Of a stretch of 64,000 nucleotides of DNA, positions 56,565-64,000 are shown piece by piece. The stretch comes from an uncultured Bacilli bacterium. Its GTDB lineage: Bacteria; Bacillota_I; Bacilli_A; ML615J-28; CAG-313. Below the pieces are notes generated by a model that saw only the letters and a list, made by a program, of their open reading frames with translations, was not told the origin of the DNA and searched no databases. Positions within the stretch are counted from its first letter, which is position 1. Each line of letters begins with the position of its first letter. The stretch spans positions 121,184-185,183 of the forward strand of contig CALVCV010000001.1 of assembly GCA_944326155.1 (NCBI GenBank), written 5' to 3'. Position numbers and translations under genes: made by a program.

Positions 56565-57501
56565 TCAATTCTAACATTTTATTTAATGCTTTACCAGCCA
56601 ATTCAATTGTCTCTTGATCTAATTTAATTTCTTCATATCTATTGCCTTGTTCAAGTAAAGCATTTTCAACGTCTATTAATTTTGTCATTTTCATTGTTCC
56701 ACAAACTAATTTTGGAGACAACATATAAAATTTTTTTGTGGGATTATCCTTTTCCAAACAATATCTTATTCCTTCTTCAGTACCAACAATAAATTCAGTC
56801 GCATCACTTTTCTTAACATAATCTAGCATTTCTTTCGTCGAACCTATAAAATCAGCCTTTTGTAACAAATCTAATCTAGCCTCAGGATGAAGAATTACTT
56901 TAGCATTAGGATGAAATGTTTTTTGACGAGCAAGTTCATCAACTGTAAGATTATGATGAATATAGCATTCCCCATCCCAAAAATCAATAGTTGGATTATT
57001 TTGATTTAAATAATTCACATATTTGGCTAAATTTTGATCAGGTACATACATAATCTTCTTTCCCATCTTTTTATAGTGATTAATAATTTTAATCGCATTA
57101 GAACTAGTAACACAAACATCACATAAAGTTTTTACAATTGCTGATGTGTTTACATAGCCAATAATAATATAATTAGGATTTTCATGTTTAAATTTTAATA
57201 AATTTTCATAACTAATTGAATCAGCCATTGAACATCCAGCGTTTTTAACAGGCAAAATTACTTTCTTATGGGGTGATAAAATTTTTGCTGTCTCTGCCAT
57301 AAAATGAACACCACAAAAAATGATAACCGAAGCCGTATTCGCTTTAGCGATTTTACTTAATTGATAAGAATCTCCAATATAATCAGCCACTGCTTGAACT
57401 TCAGGATTTTGATAATAGTGTGCCAAAATAATGGCATTTTTTTGTTTTTTAAGTTCTTGTATTCTTTTTGTAATTTCTAAAATTTCCATTTTTTTCACCA
57501 C
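56557..57501 (-). CDS. nadA: quinolinate synthase A
   Basis: 314 aa. ILAHYYQ motif and three-fold repeat architecture. Promoter TTGTTA-17-TATAAT at 57514..57542 (minus). Confidence 0.9.
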   Translation of the reverse strand: MVKKMEILEITKRIQELKKQKNAIILAHYYQNPEVQAVADYIGDSYQLSKIAKANTASVIIFCGVHFMAETAKILSPHKKVILPVKNAGCSMADSISYENLLKFKHENPNYIIIGYVNTSAIVKTLCDVCVTSSNAIKIINHYKKMGKKIMYVPDQNLAKYVNYLNQNNPTIDFWDGECYIHHNLTVDELARQKTFHPNAKVILHPEARLDLLQKADFIGSTKEMLDYVKKSDATEFIVGTEEGIRYCLEKDNPTKKFYMLSPKLVCGTMKMTKLIDVENALLEQGNRYEEIKLDQETIELAGKALNKMLELSE

Positions 57502-57550
57502 TGTTTCTTATATATTATATCACTTTTTGCATTTTATAACAAATGAAATG

Positions 57551-57584
57551 AAAAAAATGCACTAAATTTTTGGTGCATTTTTTT
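57551..57584. terminator. bidirectional intrinsic terminator
   Basis: AAAAAAATGCAC-taaatttttg-GTGCATTTTTTT. Follows the 57592..58710 gene on the minus strand. Confidence 0.7.
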
Positions 57585-57591
57585 CATTCTA

Positions 57592-58710
57592 TTATGAATT
57601 TTTAAATAAAATTACAAAAACAACGACAAAAATAAGCATAATAATGAAAATTAGAATTGAAACTTTTGCAATTGAAATTGGAACTTTACCAGTAATTTTT
57701 CCCGTCTCACCATTTGAAATAAAACGATAGTCTTTGTTCGCATATTTGTAGGTACCAATCCAAATAGGAATCAACACATATTTATACTTTATACTATTAA
57801 ATGTTGTATTAACATTCAAATAACTTACAACATCATGATTATAACCACGTAAAATTTCTCTTTTAATGATGGCATTCATTCTAATTTTCGCATTATCCCA
57901 TCCCATATTTAGACGAACAACATAATGTTCTGAACTAAAACCTGCTAAATACCTTTTATCATATTCGTATGAATTATTCGTATTAAAGGGTGAGATAGCA
58001 TTGATTTCGCTTTGGCTTATTTTAGATCCAGCGTTGACAATTAAATCATCAAAAGTCACTTGTTTACTACCACGTACATAAAAGTATCTAACTTCAGTTA
58101 TCGTTCTTCGATTTTTTCCAGATCCTACTGTTCTTGTATAATGTTTTCCTAATTTACCATCATATATCGAAAAGGTATTGCTATCAAATGTCCAAATAGG
58201 TAAATATACTCCACGCAATACAAGTTTAGGAATATTTTTTTTAACTTTAGATGGAACAAAAAATTTCTTTTTAATCCATAATGAATAGTTCTGTTTAGTA
58301 TTAGATTCAGAAATTTGAAAAGGAATTACGCGATGTGGTTTAATACCAACTAACTCATTTGTTTCTACTACTTGATTTGAGCCACAAAAAGGACATGTGA
58401 TACTGATTGCATTAGTATCTACAATATTATTGGCACCACAATTATCGCAATGAACAACTTTGGTTTCTTCACCCCAACTATTATCTTCTTTTGTGCCTTC
58501 AAAAAAGTCATTTTCTTCTTTACCTGCTTTTCCATCAAGTGTAATTTCTAATCCGCAATATTCACAATGTAAGGCACCTTTTTCTGGTAAATAACTAAGT
58601 GGTGCACCACAACTTGGACAACTATAATCTTCCGTTTTACAATTGCCTTCATCTAATTTTAAATTTTTATCTTCATCCATAATTATAATGCTTTTCCACA
58701 GTTTGTACAA
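57592..58710 (-). CDS. double zinc-ribbon protein with a C-terminal TM anchor (YdjG/YdjH-like)
   Basis: 372 aa. CPSCG...CEYCG and CDNCG...CPFCG ribbons, a 220-aa domain, then TM segment ISIAKVSILIFIIMLIFVVVFVILF. The start overlaps the upstream SPFH gene by 28 nt. Confidence 0.5.
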   Translation of the reverse strand: MYKLWKSIIIMDEDKNLKLDEGNCKTEDYSCPSCGAPLSYLPEKGALHCEYCGLEITLDGKAGKEENDFFEGTKEDNSWGEETKVVHCDNCGANNIVDTNAISITCPFCGSNQVVETNELVGIKPHRVIPFQISESNTKQNYSLWIKKKFFVPSKVKKNIPKLVLRGVYLPIWTFDSNTFSIYDGKLGKHYTRTVGSGKNRRTITEVRYFYVRGSKQVTFDDLIVNAGSKISQSEINAISPFNTNNSYEYDKRYLAGFSSEHYVVRLNMGWDNAKIRMNAIIKREILRGYNHDVVSYLNVNTTFNSIKYKYVLIPIWIGTYKYANKDYRFISNGETGKITGKVPISIAKVSILIFIIMLIFVVVFVILFKNS

Positions 58711-59744
58711 AATTTAGCACTTGAATCAACTTGTGTGCCACAATTTGGACAAAATTTTTTTGTTTGAACAGGTGTTCCACAATTTGCACAAAACTTTGCA
58801 CCTGGTGTTAGAGGTTGTTTACAATTTAAGCATACTCCTGCTGTATCAGCGGTTGCACTAACTGCTTGTTGCTGTGCATTCTGCTGCGGATTCATGGCAT
58901 TCATCATTGCATTACCCATTGCCATGCCTGCACCAAAACCAACTCCCATTTCAGCGATACCACCACCGTTAGGATTGTTTGCAGCATCTCTAATTGCTTG
59001 CGCAGTTTGATATTGAGTAAATTCATTTAATTTGCCACCAAGAGCGCCAAGTGATGATCTTTGGTCAATTGCTTTTTCTACTTCTTCTGGTAAGGAAACA
59101 TTTTCAATAACCAAATTAACTAACTTCATGCCAATTTTAGTGAACGTACCTTGCATTTTTTCTTTAATAATTTCACTTAATTCTATATATTTGGCCGGAA
59201 TATCTAAAATAGGTATTTTAATTTCACCAATAGCATCTGAAAAACCACTTACAACAATGCTCTTAAAATATTCTCTTAAAGACTCTGTTGAATAATTTCG
59301 ATTCGTACCAAAAATTTCTCGCATAAAAACAGGGGCATCTTCAATCTTATAAGAATATACACCACGAGCTCCTACTCTTACAATACCAAAATCGTTATCT
59401 CTGATACTTACTTTAGACGCAGTTCCCCATTTTTGATTAATAAATTGCTTTGTATTTACATAATATACTTCAGCTTTAAAAGGTGAATCAAAGCCATATT
59501 TCCAACTAGCAAGTTTTGTTATAATTGGCATATTATTCGTTGTAAGTTTGTGCTCTCCTTCTCCATAAACATCACAAATTTGACCACTGCTAACAAGCAT
59601 TGCTACTTGCGAAGGACGTACAATTAATTGACACCCATTCATAATTTCATCACGATCAGACATTGGATATCTATATACCAATGTTTCAGTTGAACTATCT
59701 TCCCATTCAATTACTTTTAATAATTGTCTTTTAATAAATCCCAT
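58683..59744 (-). CDS. SPFH/Band-7-like domain protein (YdjI-like) with three C-terminal zinc ribbons
   Basis: 353 aa. N-terminal SPFH-like domain, a Gly/Ala/Asn/Met/Gln-rich linker, then CLNCK...CANCG, CPNCG and CTNCG ribbons. Confidence 0.55.
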   Translation of the reverse strand: MGFIKRQLLKVIEWEDSSTETLVYRYPMSDRDEIMNGCQLIVRPSQVAMLVSSGQICDVYGEGEHKLTTNNMPIITKLASWKYGFDSPFKAEVYYVNTKQFINQKWGTASKVSIRDNDFGIVRVGARGVYSYKIEDAPVFMREIFGTNRNYSTESLREYFKSIVVSGFSDAIGEIKIPILDIPAKYIELSEIIKEKMQGTFTKIGMKLVNLVIENVSLPEEVEKAIDQRSSLGALGGKLNEFTQYQTAQAIRDAANNPNGGGIAEMGVGFGAGMAMGNAMMNAMNPQQNAQQQAVSATADTAGVCLNCKQPLTPGAKFCANCGTPVQTKKFCPNCGTQVDSSAKFCTNCGKAL

Positions 59745-59763
59745 TTTTTATCCTCCATTTTTC

Positions 59764-61305
59764 TTATTTATTTTTAAATTCAAGGGTTGCATCTACTGCT
59801 ATTTTCCAACCTTTTATCAATTCTTGACGTTTTTTATCATCTAGTTGACGCATAAATATTTTTTCAACTTGATGAAATCTCTTAATTTCTTCTTCACTTT
59901 CATAAAACCCTACTGTAAGGGCTGCAAGATACATGGCACCAAGGGCAGTTGTTTCTAAACATGTTGGTCTTACAATTTTAGCATCCAACAAATTTGCTTG
60001 AAATTGCATCATATAATTATTGACTGAAGCTCCACCATCAACACCTAAATAATTAATTGGAAAACCTGATTCAGCAATCATAACTTCCATAACATCTCTT
60101 GCTTGATACGGACTTGCTTCTATTGCCGCAACAGTAATATGATCTTTTGTTGTAGCTCTAGTAATTCCAAAAATAGCTCCTCTTGCATCATTGTCCCAAT
60201 AAGGGGTTCCAAGACCTACAAATGCAGGTACAAAATATATTCCCCCACTAGGATTTTTACCTCTTATGGATTTTTCACAATCACTTGATTCTTTAAATAA
60301 TTCCATGCCATCTCGTAGCCACTGAATCGCTGAACCTGATACAAAAACTGATCCTTCTAATGCATATTTAACCTTACCATTAAGTCCCCAAGCAATTGTT
60401 GTAAGTAAACCTTTATCTGAATAAATAATTTTATCATTTGTATTCATTAAAATAAAACAACCCGTTCCATAAGTACTCTTTGTACTTCCTTCGTCAAAAC
60501 AACATTGTCCAAACAAAGCAGCTTGTTGATCACCAATTAGTGAAGCAATAGGTATTTTTTCAAAATGTTTATCAATACTTGTAAGTGCTTTTGCAAAACC
60601 AAAAATGTGACCACTTGGATACACTTTAGGTAATATTTGTTTAGGAATATCAAAATAATTTAACAATTCTTCATCCCACTTTAATTCTATAATATTATAA
60701 ACAAGCGTTCTTGAAGCATTACTATAATCAGTAGCATGTATCTCACCTTTTGTTAGTTTCCAAAGTAAATAGGTATCAATCGTACCAAATAAAATATTGC
60801 CCTTATCAGCTTCTTCTTTCACATTTTTGACATTATCAAAAATCCATTTAATTTTACTTGCTGAAAAATATGGATTAATAATTAAGCCTGTTTTTTTGTG
60901 AAATTTCTCATTTAAACCCTTTTTTATGAGGTCATCACAAATTGCTTGTGACTGTCTAGATTGCCAAACAATAGCATTGTAGACAACTTTACCAGTATTT
61001 TTATTCCATAAAATTGTTGTTTCTCTTTGATTGGTAATGCCAATTGCCATAATATTGGTAGCTTTCAAATTAGCCATATTCATTGCATTTTTTATCGTTT
61101 GGACTGTTAATTCCCAAATTTCTTCTGGATTGTGTTCCACCCAACCATTTTTAGGGCAGATTTGAGTAAATTCCATTTGACTTTTGGCAACAATAGAGGT
61201 TTTAGAATCAAATATAATCGTTCTTGTACTAGTAGTTCCTTGATCAATCGTCAAGATGTATTTATTCACATTTTTCATAGTAATTTTTCCTATTAATAAA
61301 TTCAT
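59764..61305 (-). CDS. glpK: glycerol kinase
   Basis: 513 aa. FGGY family: YILTIDQGTTSTR and GDQQAALFGQ. Confidence 0.9.
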   Translation of the reverse strand: MNLLIGKITMKNVNKYILTIDQGTTSTRTIIFDSKTSIVAKSQMEFTQICPKNGWVEHNPEEIWELTVQTIKNAMNMANLKATNIMAIGITNQRETTILWNKNTGKVVYNAIVWQSRQSQAICDDLIKKGLNEKFHKKTGLIINPYFSASKIKWIFDNVKNVKEEADKGNILFGTIDTYLLWKLTKGEIHATDYSNASRTLVYNIIELKWDEELLNYFDIPKQILPKVYPSGHIFGFAKALTSIDKHFEKIPIASLIGDQQAALFGQCCFDEGSTKSTYGTGCFILMNTNDKIIYSDKGLLTTIAWGLNGKVKYALEGSVFVSGSAIQWLRDGMELFKESSDCEKSIRGKNPSGGIYFVPAFVGLGTPYWDNDARGAIFGITRATTKDHITVAAIEASPYQARDVMEVMIAESGFPINYLGVDGGASVNNYMMQFQANLLDAKIVRPTCLETTALGAMYLAALTVGFYESEEEIKRFHQVEKIFMRQLDDKKRQELIKGWKIAVDATLEFKNK

Positions 61306-61451
61306 TTATATTATAACATATTTTTAAATTTTTCAAAAGAAAAAACACTTAGTAGATTTTTCTTTCATTATATAATTTACATTTTTGCAAGGTAAAGTAA
61401 AAGCCTCAAATTTAGAATGAATTTGAGACTTATTATTTTTTTAACTTATTT

Positions 61452-62453
61452 TTATTCTTCTACTACTTTTTTAGCAATAGTTAAATCAACTAGATCACTA
61501 AAACGAACTTTAGTATCTAATTCTCCTGCTGTAATGATAATTTCTTGTAAACGATCAAATCCTATTTCTGAAAAAATGGGATTTATACACCAAGCATTTA
61601 TTGAACGATATCTTTCTACTACGCTAATCAATACATCTAATTCAATATCAGTAAAAAAAGGCCATATTTCTCTTGCAATTTCCTCATCAGTAGCATTTTG
61701 GACAAATTGTTGTCCTTTATACAATGCTCTTGTAAATTTTTCTATTACATCTTTATGTTGATTAAAATATTCTATTGAGGTAGAATAAGCCGTATAGGCT
61801 ATTTCTCCTGCATAATCAGCAGTTGCTCCTAATAAATATGCTCTTTTTTGGTTAATTAATGTTGTTGCGGTAGGTTCAAATAAACTAACAAAATCTCCCT
61901 CACCATCAAGAAATGCGCCTGTTAGCGCTGCAAATGCTACATCTGTTCTTACATTTACTTCTTTGGTATCATCATCTTGACCAACTTCTAAACCAGCTTG
62001 TTTAAGTACGTATTCCAAAGTCATTTCCGGAACGCCACCTTTTCTACCACCAAGAATTGATTTTCCTTTTAAATCATTTAACGTAAAATTATCAATCTTT
62101 TCCCTACCAAAAATAAAACTTCCATCTGTTCTTGTAAGTTGGGCAAAATTGATTAAATAATTAGCACGATTGTTCTTATATAAATAAATTGTAGGTTCTG
62201 GACCTTGAAGTCCAATTTGTACATCTCCTGAAAGCAGTGCTGCTGTTACTTTATCTGCACCATTTGCATTAATTAAATCTATTTTAAGGCCCTCTTCTTC
62301 AAAATATCCTTTGCTTAATGCAACATATTGTGGTGCATAAAAAACAGATCTTGCAACTTCAGCAAGTTTTATTTTGGTAAGATTGGTTTTTTTGCACCCA
62401 ACCATCGCAAATATCATCAAACCTAGACTTAATGTCATTAAAATTTTTTTCAT
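61452..62453 (-). CDS. ABC transporter substrate-binding lipoprotein (NMT1/THI5, SsuA/TauA-like)
   Basis: 333 aa. Lipobox LMIFAMVGC. NMT1-like periplasmic binding domain. Confidence 0.8.
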   Translation of the reverse strand: MKKILMTLSLGLMIFAMVGCKKTNLTKIKLAEVARSVFYAPQYVALSKGYFEEEGLKIDLINANGADKVTAALLSGDVQIGLQGPEPTIYLYKNNRANYLINFAQLTRTDGSFIFGREKIDNFTLNDLKGKSILGGRKGGVPEMTLEYVLKQAGLEVGQDDDTKEVNVRTDVAFAALTGAFLDGEGDFVSLFEPTATTLINQKRAYLLGATADYAGEIAYTAYSTSIEYFNQHKDVIEKFTRALYKGQQFVQNATDEEIAREIWPFFTDIELDVLISVVERYRSINAWCINPIFSEIGFDRLQEIIITAGELDTKVRFSDLVDLTIAKKVVEE

Positions 62454-63235
62454 TAATTTCGCTTCCTTTTTATTTTTTTCTCAATAATGTTAACAACTTC
62501 ATACATTAAAAAGGATATAACTGCTAAAACAAAGACTCCCATCATTACTAGATCCATATTAAATACTTGTGAACCATACATGATTAAATACCCTATTCCA
62601 TAACGTGAAACAATAAATTCTCCTACAATTACACCAACCCAGCTCATACCAATATTTATTTTTATAATATTAATAATATTGGCAATATTTGCAGGCAATA
62701 TTAGTTTAATTAAAATTTGCCACTTACTTGCATTAAAACTTTGTAACATTTTAATTTTTTCCTCTTCTACTTGGATAAAATAATTATATGCAGAAATGAT
62801 TGTCAAAATTAAAGAAATAGATATTGCAACTGTAGTTATGCCTTTAATACCAGTACCTGCCCAAATAATTAGAATAGGAGCCAATGCAGTTTTAGGAAGC
62901 GCATTTCCAACTACCAAAAATGGATCCATAACTTTTGCGAATAATTTATTCCACCATAATAAAATAGCTACAAATAAGCCTATCAAAGTTCCAATAAAAA
63001 GACCAAGTAAAGTTTCTAAAACTGATATGCCAATGTGACGATATATTTCGTTTGTCTTAATATAATTTGTCAATAATTTCAATATACTTGTTGGTTTACT
63101 AAATAAAAAAGAATCAATCCATTCTAAGCGAGAAGCAATCTCCCAAAGGGCAAGTAAAACAATAAGTAAAACAATTTGAATCAAAACAACTCGTATGGCA
63201 AGTGCTCTTTTTTGTTTTAAATAAGACTTATTCAT
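62453..63235 (-). CDS. ABC transporter permease (SsuC/TauC-like)
   Basis: 260 aa, 6 TM, EAA-like loop. Confidence 0.85.
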   Translation of the reverse strand: MNKSYLKQKRALAIRVVLIQIVLLIVLLALWEIASRLEWIDSFLFSKPTSILKLLTNYIKTNEIYRHIGISVLETLLGLFIGTLIGLFVAILLWWNKLFAKVMDPFLVVGNALPKTALAPILIIWAGTGIKGITTVAISISLILTIISAYNYFIQVEEEKIKMLQSFNASKWQILIKLILPANIANIINIIKINIGMSWVGVIVGEFIVSRYGIGYLIMYGSQVFNMDLVMMGVFVLAVISFLMYEVVNIIEKKIKRKRN

Positions 63236-63959
63236 TTAATAACCCCCAAATTTTATCAAAATAATACGAAAATTTGGTTGATTTTCTTTTTTCTAGTGGT
63301 GTTTTCCCTTCCAAATCGTTTATTACAATGACTTCTTTTAATTTTGCAGGTCTATGACTTAATACAAGAACCCGATCAGCCATTGAGATAGCTTCACTGA
63401 TATCATGTGTTACAAGAAGGGCAGAAACATTTTGATCTTTAATAATTTGATAAATATCATTACTTACGTTTATTCTTGTTTGATAGTCTAGAGCCGAAAA
63501 AGGCTCATCAAGTAATAAAATACTAGGTTCTGTTGCAAGCGTCCTAATTAACGCAATTCGTTGTCGCATGCCACCTGATAATTCTTGGGGATAATTATTG
63601 ATAAATTCAAACAAACCATATTTTGTCAATAATTTTTTGATTCGTTCAACTTTTTTTCTATCTTTATCTTTTTTAATTTCTAATCCAATTAAAATATTTT
63701 TGTAAACTGTCCGCCAATTAAATAAATGATCATGTTGAAACATATACCCAATATCACCATCAACAATGATTTTTCCACTTGTAGGTAATATTAATTTTGA
63801 AATGATATTCAATAAAGTTGATTTACCTGCTCCACTTGGACCAACAATTGCTACAATTTCACCTTCATTTATATCAAAACTAATGTCATCTATTACATTG
63901 AGTGCACCAAGTTCTGTATAAAAAGTTTTTTTGACATGAATAAGTTCTAATTTTTTCAT
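63228..63959 (-). CDS. ABC transporter ATP-binding protein (SsuB/TauB-like)
   Basis: 243 aa. Walker A GPSGAGKST, signature LSGGMRQR, Walker B LLLDEP. Confidence 0.9.
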   Translation of the reverse strand: MKKLELIHVKKTFYTELGALNVIDDISFDINEGEIVAIVGPSGAGKSTLLNIISKLILPTSGKIIVDGDIGYMFQHDHLFNWRTVYKNILIGLEIKKDKDRKKVERIKKLLTKYGLFEFINNYPQELSGGMRQRIALIRTLATEPSILLLDEPFSALDYQTRINVSNDIYQIIKDQNVSALLVTHDISEAISMADRVLVLSHRPAKLKEVIVINDLEGKTPLEKRKSTKFSYYFDKIWGLLNE

Positions 63960-64000
63960 ACCCCACCTCTTTTCAAGTACACTTTATCATATTATTTAAC

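Noticed and set aside
4447-62796. Many 60-130 aa ORF-track entries lying antisense to or out of frame within large, well-supported genes. Examples: 4447..4638, 5203..5412, 7613..7810, 9509..9712, 11225..11428, 13896..14087, 14109..14309, 18505..18699, 18709..19062, 21489..21788, 25075..25281, 26432..26728, 31847..32086, 37450..37683, 38731..38922, 41391..41618, 42002..42250, 44724..44957, 44798..44986, 46715..46915, 49408..49662, 52651..52869, 53467..53859, 55829..56053, 56143..56418, 59032..59295, 60103..60288, 61417..61761, 62796..63038.
   Set aside because: Each is fully embedded in a longer ORF with clear family motifs on the other strand or frame. Their compositions are low-complexity I/F/K/N-rich or mirror images of the real protein. 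Such ORFs are expected by chance in roughly 30% GC DNA.
1-64000. Search for mobile elements, prophage remnants, restriction-modification, toxin-antitoxin or CRISPR-Cas.
   Set aside because: No transposase, integrase, recombinase, terminal inverted repeats, flanking direct repeats around any block, or cas-like ORFs were recognisable. Gene content is chromosomal core plus a few accessory operons.

Overview
The window is AT-rich (about 28-30% GC) low-GC Firmicutes chromosomal DNA, with a sporulation-gene repertoire and Bacillus-like synteny. Almost every gene is on the minus strand. All family assignments come from reading the translations for motifs and gene order, not from database searches.

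Conserved housekeeping blocks:
- partial aspS (runs off the 5' edge) with a T-box leader
- dinB
- nusB-xseA-xseB-dxs-recN-spoIVB-spo0A
- trmL, a MATE efflux gene, rarA, rpmG (L33)
- phoH-ybeY-cdd-era-recO
- rnj
- the dacF-spoIIAA-spoIIAB-sigF-spoVA(C,D,Eb,F) sporulation locus
- asnA, a CDF transporter, mgtC, a pullulanase
- cls, ung
- a tRNA-Thr(CGU)
- nadABC, glpK
- an Ssu/Tau-like ABC transporter

The most interesting items:
1. sigF is reduced to a 101-aa ORF covering only sigma region 2, inside an otherwise intact spoIIA-spoVA locus.
2. A membrane-anchored FtsK/SpoIIIE homologue has degenerate Walker A and B motifs.
3. An uncharacterised minus-strand operon couples a LytTR regulator and membrane-protein pair with a 274-aa radical SAM enzyme and several unknown membrane or helical proteins.
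4. Two COG0523 metallochaperone GTPases sit side by side. One carries a 5x tandem CCHHHHDEEGEG repeat and has a Fur-family-like palindrome over its promoter.
5. An SPFH protein with three C-terminal zinc ribbons is paired with a double-zinc-ribbon membrane protein.
6. A YhbD-like HTH protein and a bactofilin-like protein sit behind twin palindromic operators.
7. dinB appears to need a non-AUG start codon.

I saw no transposase, integrase, CRISPR array or rRNA gene in this window.
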